DNA from: Gemmatimonadota bacterium
Lineage (GTDB): Bacteria > Gemmatimonadota > Gemmatimonadetes > Palauibacterales > Palauibacteraceae
Reading direction: 5' to 3'
DNA length: 63,412 bases
NCBI GenBank assembly: GCA_039588275.1
Contig: JBDHAC010000014.1
Location: 1-63,412 of the forward strand
Shown here: positions 9,705-21,297 of the stretch, in pieces
Layout of the letters: each line of letters begins with the position of its first letter
Numbering within the stretch: position 1 is the first letter of the stretch
Notes under the pieces: model-generated
Database searches by the model: none
What the model saw: only the letters and a program-made list of their open reading frames with translations
What the model was told of the DNA's origin: nothing
Translations under genes and position numbers: made by a program

Positions 9705-10535
9705 CTAGCCCTCGATCACCGTGAAAGTGAGGTCATCCCCGGCGAGGAAGGGGCACACCAGGCCGACGTCCGGTCCGAAGCGGGGGTTGAGGCGGACGAT
9801 CCCGTGGCCGCCCACGAACGTGTACGTGGTGTGCGTGCGCCCGCCAGTGACGACCGGATCGGTCCAAGTGACGAGCGGGCTCCCCACGTCGTCTCCCTGC
9901 CACTCCTTCCCCGGGGTCCCCAGGTTCACGATCCACTGCCAACCACCATCCTGGTATTGCTTCCACGTCCTGAACACGTGCTTCCGGCTCGGCACATCGC
10001 GATATCTCAGCGAGACGCCAATAATGAGGAGGGCCTGAGGGAAATTCAGAGAGCCGCCGTTGGGGGGCAGAGAGCCCCTCAGGACGTCGATCATCTCTTC
10101 CTCGCTGGGTTCGGTGGGGTCGTTGGGGTCCCCGCCGTTCTTCTGACACCGCGAGTCGCCCTGAGCGTAGCTGAACGCGTATTGCACGGCCACCGGATCC
10201 GGGGCCAGCTCGAGATCGAGCACGCCAGCTCGGATCTCCAGATTGTTCGAGTTATCGCCCTCGCCGCGAAACATGGGAATCTCGTCGTCGGCCACGGGAT
10301 CGCCCGCGCCCTCGGTCGCGATGATCCCGCCCATGGTCGGACTCACGACTGAGACAGGTCCGCCATCGCCCCCACCGGGGCCGCCCCCCTTGCCACCCTT
10401 CGCGAACCCGGGTGTGAAGTCGGGGGGGATGTCGTCGAGCGTGGCCTGGGTCGGACCCTGATCCTGGCATCCCAGCAGGAAGGCTCCTACGAGCGCGATG
10501 GTCAGGGCCGTGAGCGTTGTGGATCGCCTTTTCAT
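9705..10535 (-). CDS. Hypothetical lipoprotein
   Basis: GGAGG RBS before ATG 10535. MKRR + hydrophobic stretch + LLGC lipobox, then a Gly-rich linker AKGGKGGGPGGGDGG. Confidence 0.75.
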   Translation of the reverse strand: MKRRSTTLTALTIALVGAFLLGCQDQGPTQATLDDIPPDFTPGFAKGGKGGGPGGGDGGPVSVVSPTMGGIIATEGAGDPVADDEIPMFRGEGDNSNNLEIRAGVLDLELAPDPVAVQYAFSYAQGDSRCQKNGGDPNDPTEPSEEEMIDVLRGSLPPNGGSLNFPQALLIIGVSLRYRDVPSRKHVFRTWKQYQDGGWQWIVNLGTPGKEWQGDDVGSPLVTWTDPVVTGGRTHTTYTFVGGHGIVRLNPRFGPDVGLVCPFLAGDDLTFTVIEG

Positions 10536-10672
10536 TAGTACCTCCGTGGTTAGCGAGCCCGCTCTTCTCGGTGGCCGGCTCAGGATCGTCTCCTCGTTCG
10601 GTCTCCGCGCTCGCGCCCGTGCGCGGTCGATGCCGGAGACCGTCGACATCTCTCAAAGCGCGTTCTGAGCGC

Positions 10673-10873
10673 TCAGGGCTCGGGCCCGGTTGATTCCAGC
10701 TTGCGGATCAGCGCGTCGGCCTCGCCGGACAGCTTCCGGCCGTCTCCGGCCGAGAGCGCTCCGCTCTCCACCAGTTCCTCGACCTCCACGACGAAGTCCC
10801 GGAGCTGCTCTGCCGCCGTTTCCGTATTGCCGTTCATCAGCGTTTCGAGCGCTTCCTGCAGCTTCTTGTTCAA
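10673..10873 (-). CDS. Small helical FIMAH-like domain ORF, possibly a gene remnant
   Basis: LNKKLQEA..L.NGN.E.AAEQL.DFV.EVE.LV.SG.L....G..L...A..LI pattern. TTG start; in-frame TGA lies six codons upstream. Confidence 0.5.
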   Translation of the reverse strand: MNKKLQEALETLMNGNTETAAEQLRDFVVEVEELVESGALSAGDGRKLSGEADALIRKLESTGPEP

Positions 10874-10961
10874 CCCGGCCTCTTTTCCTCACGCGAGCCC
10901 TCGCTCAAGCCACGCGTGGCTCGGAGTACTCGCTCGACCTAGATTGATTCTGGATCGGGGG

Positions 10962-11003
10962 CGTCAACGCTCCGTCCGCGGAAGCGTCAACGATTCGTCA
11001 ACG
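10962..11003. promoter_or_regulatory. Direct-repeat operator candidate (CGTCAACG x3 plus one degenerate copy)
   Basis: cgtcaacg at 10962, 10985 and 10996; cgtccgcg at 10973. Spacing is 11/12/11 bp, in the divergent intergenic region. Confidence 0.6.
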
Positions 11004-11034
11004 ACACCCCGGCGTTTCTCCCCAAGGCGGTAAG

Positions 11035-13749
11035 ATGTTTTCGTTGAAGCTGTTAGGTGGCGCGGCCATCGAGAGCCCGAAAGACGTTCTCACGGGCGGT
11101 GCCGTCCAGCGACACCGTCTTGCCCTGCTCGCGCTCCTCTCACGGGCACCCTCCCAGCAGCTTTCGCGCGACAAGCTGATCGGCTTTTTGTGGCCCGAGA
11201 GCCCGACGGCCTCGGCGCGTCACAGCCTCCGCGAGGCGGTGTGGGTGCTCCGGAAGGAGCTGGGCGAGAACGCCCTCATTTCGGTCGGGGATGACCTCCG
11301 CCTCGACACGGAGGCCGTGCGCATCGACGTGCTGGACTTCGAGGCCGCGTTGGAGAGCGATGAGCCGCGTCGGGCGGTGGACGCCTACGCCGGTCCCTTC
11401 CTGGATGGGTTCTATCTGAACGGCTCCGGCGAGTTCGAGCGCTGGGCGGAATTCGAGCGCGACCGGCTCGCGAGGTCGTACCAGGGAGCGCTCGAAGAGC
11501 TTGCGCGGGAGGCGGGAGGCCGCGGCGAGGTCCAGGAGGCGGTGGAGTGGTGGAGGCGTCTGGCGATGGAGGCCCCCTACGACGCGCGCGTGGCAGTGGC
11601 GCTCATGGAGGCGCTGGCGGCGGCGGGGGATCGAGCCGGAGCGTTGAGGCAGGCGGAGAACCACGCCCGACTCCTCCAGGAGGAGTTCGGTGCGGCTCCC
11701 AACCCCGAGCTCGAAAGTCTGGCCGAGCAACTCCGGGCAGGACCGGTGGGCGAGCCGATACCGATCGGCGAGTCGATACCATTGGCGAGTATGGAGGGAC
11801 CCGCTCCCGAGCGGGGTCCGGCCTCGGATGTCGCCGCCGACGCTTCCGATATTCGGGATGCTGCACCCGCGATCGTCGGCAGCATCGGACCCGAAGCTCC
11901 GGCCCTACCCCGACCTGGCCGCAGGCGAGAGTGGATCACCGGGGCCGCGGCCATGGCGGCCGTGCTCACGATCATCGGCATGCTGTCCAGCGCCGGACTG
12001 TTACCGGGGACGCGCCCGCCGGGATTCTCCGCTTCGCTCGAGTCGAATCGGGTGCTGGTCCTCGACTTCGAGAACGAGACGGGCGAGGCGTCCCTGGATC
12101 CACTCGGACGGATGGCCGCGGACTGGATCGCCCGAGAGCTCACGGGCACAGGGCTCGTGAGGGTCGTGTCCTCCCGGGCCGCGCTGGGTGCAGGGAGCCT
12201 GGACACGGCTGGCGCGGGCGGCAGCGACGGAGCCAGCGACGGGGAGGGCGTGAGCTCGAGCACCCGGGTTGGAACGCTCGCTCGCGAGGCCGGAACCGCC
12301 ATCCTCGTCTCGGGCGCCTACTACCGCCAGGGAGACAGCCTCGCGTTCCAGGTGCGCCTCGTCGACGCGGCCACGGGAGAATTGCTGCGTGCGGTAGCGC
12401 CGGTTCGGGGCAACCTGGAAGAGCCCGAGGACGCGGTAGAGGTGCTCCAGATGCGGACGATCGGGGCATTGGCCTCGGTGCTCGACCCGCGGCTCGCGTC
12501 ATGGACGACCGTCTCGAGCCAACCGCCGAGCTTCCAGGCATACACGCTTTACACGCAGGGCATGGAGGCGCACTTCCAGTACAACTTCCCGACGGCGATC
12601 GAGCGCTTCTACGCGGCCTCCGCCGAGGACAGCACGTTCACGCTGCCACTTCTCTGGGCGGTGTACGCGCACCACAACATGTGGCAGTGGGATCGAGCCG
12701 ACTCGCTCCTCCAGGCTCTTCAGGGAAAGCGGGACAGGCTCGCCCCGTTCGACCAGGCGCTTCTGGACCACCAGGCCGCGAACCACCGGGCCGATCGTGC
12801 AGAAGCGTACCGTACCGCTCACAGAGTGGTCGAGCTGTCTCCCGACTCGGATTGGATGTACAAGCTCGGGGTGGCTGCTCTCCACGTGAACCGGCCGCGT
12901 GAGGCGCTCGATTTGCTCCTGCAGGTCGACCTGGAACGCGGCTGGGTCAAGGACTGGCAGGAGTACTGGTTCGCCCTGGCAGCCGCGCGACACCTCGCGG
13001 GTGACCACGAGGGGGAGCTAGCGGACATCCGGGGCAGGAGGGCCAGGGCGCCCGAAGGAGTCATCGATCCCCGCACGGAGACCCGGCTACTGAGCCAGGA
13101 GATGGAAGCGTTGGCCGCTTTGGGCCGGGCCGATGAGCTAGACCGGACGCTCGACGAGTACCTCGCACGGCCTCAGACGTGGCCGTGGCGGCCCGCTACC
13201 AAGATGCGCATGCTGGCGGAGGAGTTGCGCGCGCACGGCCACGAAGAAGCGGCCCAGTCGATGATCGAGCGCATGCTGGCGTTCTACGAGGGGCTCCCGG
13301 CGGACGAGCGGGCCGGCGGCCCGCAGGAGTTGATCGCGCAGTCCGCCAGGATCCGGGCCATCGTGCTCTCCGCGGTCGACCGCCGGGAGGAGGTCCGACG
13401 CATCTGGGCCACGATCGCCGACTCGCTGCCGCGCAGCGACCTGGCCTGGGCCGCCGCGCACGGTGCCGTGGGTGTGAACTCGGCGCAGCTGGGCGATCGG
13501 GACGAGGCGTTGCGGCGCTTCGAGCTGGCGGCGGAGTTCGAGTCGCCCTCCCCCACGTGGGACCACCTGGTGGCGTACTGGCAGGCGTGCATCGCGGCTC
13601 AGCTGGGAGACCGCCGTCGTGCCGTGGCTCTCCTCCGCGAGGCCTTCGCCCAGGGCCAGATCTTCTCGGTAAGCCTGCACCGGGACCGCTGGTTGGATCC
13701 GCTGCGCGGTTACCCGCCGTTCGAGGAGTTGATGCGCCCGAAGGGCTGA
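11035..13749 (+). CDS. Membrane-anchored SARP/AfsR-type regulator: wHTH + BTAD, TM helix, TolB_N-like domain, TPR region
   Basis: LKLLGG..LALLALL..SRDKLIGFLWPE..ARHSLR..LRKELG, YAGPFLDG..EFERW..ER, LMEALAAAGDRAGAL. TM at about aa 300-322. VLVLDFENETG. C-terminal DRWLDPLRGYPPFEELMRPKG. Confidence 0.85.
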   Translation: MFSLKLLGGAAIESPKDVLTGGAVQRHRLALLALLSRAPSQQLSRDKLIGFLWPESPTASARHSLREAVWVLRKELGENALISVGDDLRLDTEAVRIDVLDFEAALESDEPRRAVDAYAGPFLDGFYLNGSGEFERWAEFERDRLARSYQGALEELAREAGGRGEVQEAVEWWRRLAMEAPYDARVAVALMEALAAAGDRAGALRQAENHARLLQEEFGAAPNPELESLAEQLRAGPVGEPIPIGESIPLASMEGPAPERGPASDVAADASDIRDAAPAIVGSIGPEAPALPRPGRRREWITGAAAMAAVLTIIGMLSSAGLLPGTRPPGFSASLESNRVLVLDFENETGEASLDPLGRMAADWIARELTGTGLVRVVSSRAALGAGSLDTAGAGGSDGASDGEGVSSSTRVGTLAREAGTAILVSGAYYRQGDSLAFQVRLVDAATGELLRAVAPVRGNLEEPEDAVEVLQMRTIGALASVLDPRLASWTTVSSQPPSFQAYTLYTQGMEAHFQYNFPTAIERFYAASAEDSTFTLPLLWAVYAHHNMWQWDRADSLLQALQGKRDRLAPFDQALLDHQAANHRADRAEAYRTAHRVVELSPDSDWMYKLGVAALHVNRPREALDLLLQVDLERGWVKDWQEYWFALAAARHLAGDHEGELADIRGRRARAPEGVIDPRTETRLLSQEMEALAALGRADELDRTLDEYLARPQTWPWRPATKMRMLAEELRAHGHEEAAQSMIERMLAFYEGLPADERAGGPQELIAQSARIRAIVLSAVDRREEVRRIWATIADSLPRSDLAWAAAHGAVGVNSAQLGDRDEALRRFELAAEFESPSPTWDHLVAYWQACIAAQLGDRRRAVALLREAFAQGQIFSVSLHRDRWLDPLRGYPPFEELMRPKG

Positions 13750-13932
13750 TTCAGAACGTCTGGCTTCGCGCGGCTCGTGAGACCGTCATGCACGCCATCC
13801 TAGTAACCGGGGCGAGACTTTGGGAGCTACACGCGCAGAGAGGGAAAACGGAGTTTCAAATCTGATTCGCCTGAACCTGGGCCGAGGTCCAGGCCCCGTC
13901 GAGATTCACCGAGCCCGCGGGATCCCGGCGGA

Positions 13933-14352
13933 TTAGCTCGCCCCGGTTTCGGGAATGACCGTGATATGCTCGAGTCCCTTGAATCCCGAATCGAACGTCG
14001 CGATTCGCTCTGCGCCATAACGGTTCGCGATGGCCACGATCGCGGCATCTGCAAAGCTCAATCCCCTGCTCCCTTCCGCCCGGAAGATCGAGAACGTATC
14101 GAGGAAGAACTCGGAGCACGGAACGAAGTCCACTTCACGCGCGCGCAGCAGGGAGTCGCCGACAGCCACGGCGGTGTGCGTATCACGCCGCGCGCGGAGA
14201 ACCGTCATGACCTCTAGGAAGACGTATTCGGGCAGAAGCCCGACGCCCCACTCGCCCTCGACGAGTCGCGCCATCACGCCCGCAGCCGAGTCGTGGTGCA
14301 CATCTCGGGCGTTGTGATACGCGATGAGAAAGCTCGAGTCGAGGACGATCAC
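13933..14352 (-). CDS. vapC: PIN-domain toxin (VapC family)
   Basis: IVLDSSFLIA, E(VMTVL), LSFADA, IATFDSGF acidic PIN motifs. Confidence 0.85.
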   Translation of the reverse strand: MIVLDSSFLIAYHNARDVHHDSAAGVMARLVEGEWGVGLLPEYVFLEVMTVLRARRDTHTAVAVGDSLLRAREVDFVPCSEFFLDTFSIFRAEGSRGLSFADAAIVAIANRYGAERIATFDSGFKGLEHITVIPETGAS

Positions 14353-14412
14353 GATGATCTGACGACGGGGTGAGCACGGAGAGGTTCGGGGTGGGGCCGA
14401 CGCCGCGACGGG

Positions 14413-14646
14413 TCAGACTCCATACACGACTCGATCGATCTGGAGACTGAGCTCCTCGTTCCCCGCCGGGTACTCCTCCGGTCTCAAGGCCGCGAGACTC
14501 CCCAGCTTGTTCTCGGCCGGCGGCCGGGCGAGATAGGCTCGGATGGCTTCGTTGACGACCTCTCCGATCGTCTTCCCCGCCAGCGCCGCACGAGCCTTGA
14601 GCGCGCGGTATGCCGCCTCGTCCAGATTCCGGATTGTCGTATCCAT
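14413..14646 (-). CDS. Ribbon-helix-helix antitoxin (VapB/FitA-like)
   Basis: TTIRNLDEAAYRALKARAALAGKTIGEVVNEAIRAYL; lies directly upstream of the PIN toxin. Confidence 0.8.
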   Translation of the reverse strand: MDTTIRNLDEAAYRALKARAALAGKTIGEVVNEAIRAYLARPPAENKLGSLAALRPEEYPAGNEELSLQIDRVVYGV

Positions 14647-14681
14647 GTGTGCAATGTATTACATGTGTGCGTAAGCGTCAA
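14647..14681 (-). promoter_or_regulatory. Sigma70-type promoter of the vapBC pair; probable leaderless transcript
   Basis: Minus strand reads TTGACG-N17-TACATT-N6-ATG, with direct repeat gcacacatg x2 and no SD. Confidence 0.65.
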
Positions 14682-14854
14682 TGGCACCACGAGGGGTCTG
14701 CCGGTTCCCGGCCTCTGAGCGTTCGGCGCCTGAACGTGCTATCGTCCTGCATCTGCCGTGAACCCTTCGGAGTCGGTGCCGTCGAGTCGGGGAGGTCAGC
14801 GTCTTGAGAAGCTGCGAGCTCAGGCTACATCGTGTACTCCAGGCCAGCGTTCTT

Positions 14855-16582
14855 ATGGTGCTGATACCTTGCGTGTGGCCTCTCAACCAGGTCGCGACGC
14901 ACCCGCTGCTGGGGCAGGAGGCGGCTGCTTCGGCGATCGCAGCGCGTCTCAGTACAGAAATCCCGGCGCTGATGGAGGCGGGTGAGATTCCGGGTCTGTC
15001 GGCGGCCCTGGTGCGCGACGGTGAGCTGGTGTGGAACGGCGCGTTCGGCGTGCAGGATGCCGAGACAGGCGAGCCCGTCACCACGGAGACGATCTTCCAG
15101 GCCGCCTCGCTCACCAAGCAGTTCTTCGCGTACACCGCGCTCCGATTGGCCGATCAGGGCGTGTACGATCTGGACACGCCGCTCGCCGAATACCTGCCTT
15201 ACGAGCGGCTCGCGGGGGAGGATCGGTACCCGCAGATCACGGGACGCATGGTCTTGAGCCATTCGACGGGACTCCCCAATTGGGGCGGTGACGAGCTCGA
15301 GCTCGGCTTCGACCCGGGTACGGATTGGCAGTATTCGGGAGAGGGGTACGTCTACCTTCAGAAAACGCTCGAGCACCTGACGGGCGAAGATCTCGCCGTC
15401 CTGGTCCAGCGGGAGGTACTCGAGCCCATGGGTCTCCAGAACAGCTGGATGGCCTGGCGAGAGGATTTCGAGGGACGCGCGGCCGCGAGGCACGATGGGT
15501 GGGGCGGCAGCAACGGCGTGCAGAAGAACGAGCAACGAAACGCCGCCTCGAGCCTGCTTACCACCGCTGAAGACTACGCCCGCTTTCTTATCGCACTCAT
15601 GGACGGGCGAGGATTGAATCCTGGCACGCTCTCCGAGGCACTCGACCGCCAGGTTCAGGTCAATTCCCGACTGGTCAAAACCGAGAATCGGCTCTATTGG
15701 GGTCTCGGCTGGGGTCTTCAGTATGGCCGAGCCGGCCGCGCCATCTGGCAGTGGGGCCACAACAACGGCTTCCGGGCTTACCTGCTCGCGTACCCCTATC
15801 GGCGGGACGCCTTCGTCTACTTCACGAACAGCGACAACGGGCTCTCGATCGCCCGAGATCTCCTGGCGCTCGTGGAGGTGGCCGCAGGATTCGATGAGGA
15901 TGACCACTTCGCGCTCGACCACCTGGATTACGAGCAGCACGACGCACCCGAGCGCGTGGCGCGGCGAGGACTCGTGCGCGCCTTCCGTGATGACGGCGTC
16001 TCGGCAGGCCTGACTCGCTTCGAGTCGCTGCGCGCCGACGAGCTCGACCTCGTGAACGAGGCATTCACGACCGGAGTGGCCTCCGCGCTCGAAGGGCTGG
16101 AGAGGCGCGGGGCCGCGATCTCGCTCCTGGAGAGGCACGCAGCGCTCCACCCGCGCTCGGCGAACGCCCGGGACGCGCTCGGCGACCTGTTCCTGAACGG
16201 AGGCGACTACCGCGACGCGTTCGAGCGCTTCGAGGCCGCGCTGCAGCTGAACGCGAAGCACCAGGGCGCGACTCGGGCGAAGACCTGGCTCGAGCCCGTG
16301 CTCTCGGCGCTGGAGGATCCGCCAGCCGTGCCACTCGCAATCCTCGAGCGCTATCCGGGAGACTACGGTCCGCGGCACATCACGCTCGAAGCTGGTGGCC
16401 TCTATTACCAGCGCGATGGGAACCCGCGCTACCGCCTCCACCCTATGAGCGAGGACACGTTCTTCCTCGATGAGCTCGGCACGTTTCGGATCCGGTTCGC
16501 CACCGACGAGGAAGGCCGAGTCACCAAGATCGTCGGGCTATACCTCGACGGGACCGAGGACGAGACCCCGCGCGACCCGTGA
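14855..16582 (+). CDS. Serine hydrolase (beta-lactamase class C/AmpC-like) with TPR and C-terminal beta domain
   Basis: FQAASLTK (SxxK), LSHSTG, YSGEG, WGHNNGF. Start uncertain (TTG 14804 or ATG 14855). Confidence 0.8.
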   Translation: MVLIPCVWPLNQVATHPLLGQEAAASAIAARLSTEIPALMEAGEIPGLSAALVRDGELVWNGAFGVQDAETGEPVTTETIFQAASLTKQFFAYTALRLADQGVYDLDTPLAEYLPYERLAGEDRYPQITGRMVLSHSTGLPNWGGDELELGFDPGTDWQYSGEGYVYLQKTLEHLTGEDLAVLVQREVLEPMGLQNSWMAWREDFEGRAAARHDGWGGSNGVQKNEQRNAASSLLTTAEDYARFLIALMDGRGLNPGTLSEALDRQVQVNSRLVKTENRLYWGLGWGLQYGRAGRAIWQWGHNNGFRAYLLAYPYRRDAFVYFTNSDNGLSIARDLLALVEVAAGFDEDDHFALDHLDYEQHDAPERVARRGLVRAFRDDGVSAGLTRFESLRADELDLVNEAFTTGVASALEGLERRGAAISLLERHAALHPRSANARDALGDLFLNGGDYRDAFERFEAALQLNAKHQGATRAKTWLEPVLSALEDPPAVPLAILERYPGDYGPRHITLEAGGLYYQRDGNPRYRLHPMSEDTFFLDELGTFRIRFATDEEGRVTKIVGLYLDGTEDETPRDP

Positions 16583-16691
16583 AGGCTCGACCGGCGCCGC
16601 AGCGCTGCCCGGACCCAAGTGCGGTGCCCGGTCGGTGGGACTCCTGCGGGGGGCTGCGGGGGCGCCTCGTCCGCGATAGCTTCCCCGCCCG

Positions 16692-19922
<3,231 letters not shown>

Positions 19923-19930
19923 GCGGCGGG

Positions 19931-20425
19931 TCAGCTCCCTCCGGGCTCCAGGAGGACCCACTCGTTTCCGTACAGGTCCACGAACGTGGCCCGCAGCCCC
20001 CCCTCTATCGTCTCCGTCGGTGACTCCGTGAACCGCACGTCCAATTCGCGCAACCGCATGTAGGTGTCGAGAAGATCGGGCGCCTCGAAGACCCAGCCAC
20101 CCTGGCGGCCCACAAGGCTGGGGTCGCGGGCGCTCTCACGGGTCGTTGTAAGTACGAGGTGAATCAGAGGTGTCTCCTGGCCGGGCGGGGCGATGGCCAG
20201 AACCCGCTCTCCCGAACCGTACACAACGTCGAGACGAACCTCGAACCCGAGGCGCTCGGTGTACCAGCGCAGAGCCCGCTCGCAGTCGCGGACGTAGAGG
20301 TTGACGGCGGTGAGGTGTCCGATGCCGGTCTCGAACGAGATGGGCTCCCGCTCCTGCGCTCTGAGCTCCCCGGCCGAGCCCACGACGAGCAGAACCGCGA
20401 CGAGGCTCGCCAGGGCGGTTCGCAC
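19931..20425 (-). CDS. VOC/glyoxalase family protein with apparent signal peptide
   Basis: VNLYVRDCERALRWYTERLGF..ATFVDLYGNEWVLLE. Hydrophobic N-terminus ends LRA-Q. Start uncertain. Confidence 0.75.
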   Translation of the reverse strand: MRTALASLVAVLLVVGSAGELRAQEREPISFETGIGHLTAVNLYVRDCERALRWYTERLGFEVRLDVVYGSGERVLAIAPPGQETPLIHLVLTTTRESARDPSLVGRQGGWVFEAPDLLDTYMRLRELDVRFTESPTETIEGGLRATFVDLYGNEWVLLEPGGS

Positions 20426-20443
20426 CGGTGGAGGACACTTCGC

Positions 20444-20504
20444 GTAAAGCGATATGTACGAAATGACAGCATTCCTTGACATCACGTAAAGGATCCTTTA
20501 CTTT
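20444..20504 (+). promoter_or_regulatory. Sigma70 promoter with palindromic XRE-type operator
   Basis: TTGACA(20476)-N17-TACTTT(20499). Perfect palindrome GTAAAGGATCCTTTAC at 20486-20501. Degenerate copy GTAAAG-N4-ATGTAC at 20444. Confidence 0.75.
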
Positions 20505-20574
20505 TCCTGCGTTCGAGGTCGCCTCACTCTACACGCGGGCGTCCTGAAAGGAACCGATCGATCAGAGGTATGAC

Positions 20575-20967
20575 GTGCAAGCAATCGACAAACGGCGCGC
20601 GGGCTGGATCATCATCGCGGCGGCTCTCTTGTGCGCGGGTGCGATCGTCGGGGGCACCGCCCTCGTCACGAATGATTCCTTGGGCTCCGGCTGGAAGCTC
20701 CTCGTGGCTCTGGTCGTGATGTCCACCTTCGCGCTGTTCATCTGGACCGAGGTACGCCACGTCCGGCGGTGTGACGAGCTGTACCAGCGCATCATGCTCG
20801 AGTCACTGGCTATCGCGTTCCCGGCGACGTTCGCCGCCTTCACGCTCCTGGAGCTGCTGCGCGACGCGGAACTCGTCTCCCCCCCGTTTGTCGTCGAGAA
20901 GATGTGGCCCCTCATGGTGCTACTGTGGGTGCTCGCGTATGGATTCGCGAGGTGGAGGTACCAGTGA
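20575..20967 (+). CDS. Four-TM membrane protein
   Basis: Hydrophobic helices and DELYQRI motif typical of membrane partners of small XRE regulators; GTGA overlap with the next gene. Confidence 0.7.
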   Translation: MQAIDKRRAGWIIIAAALLCAGAIVGGTALVTNDSLGSGWKLLVALVVMSTFALFIWTEVRHVRRCDELYQRIMLESLAIAFPATFAAFTLLELLRDAELVSPPFVVEKMWPLMVLLWVLAYGFARWRYQ

Positions 20968-21173
20968 GGAACCGCCTTCGCGTCCTCCGGGCCGAGCGCC
21001 GCTGGACGCAGCAGGATCTGGCCCGGGAGCTGGGCGTTTCGCGGCAGACGATCCATGCGATCGAGGCCGAGAAGTACGACCCCAGCTTACCGCTCGCCTT
21101 CAAGATCGCTGCCCTGTTCGACGAGCCTATCGAGCACATCTTCACGCCAAACCCCGGCCAAGACGAGGGCTAG
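20964..21173 (+). CDS. XRE-family helix-turn-helix transcriptional regulator
   Basis: NRLRVLRAERRWTQQDLARELGVSRQTIHAIEAEKYDPSLPLAFKIA. Confidence 0.9.
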   Translation: MRNRLRVLRAERRWTQQDLARELGVSRQTIHAIEAEKYDPSLPLAFKIAALFDEPIEHIFTPNPGQDEG

Positions 21174-21297
21174 CCAGCCCGCGACCCCCGCGGGGCGGCT
21201 CATGCGCGAGCCGCCGCACCCCCAAGCCGTGACCTGGCACCGTTCCTGCGCCGATTCGAGAGCGGTCTGATCTTCCAAGGCACTCACACGAAGGCAT

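Noticed and set aside
13805..13948. 12-bp inverted repeat as MITE ends
   Set aside because: One arm lies inside vapC, and there is no target duplication or second copy; compatible with chance.
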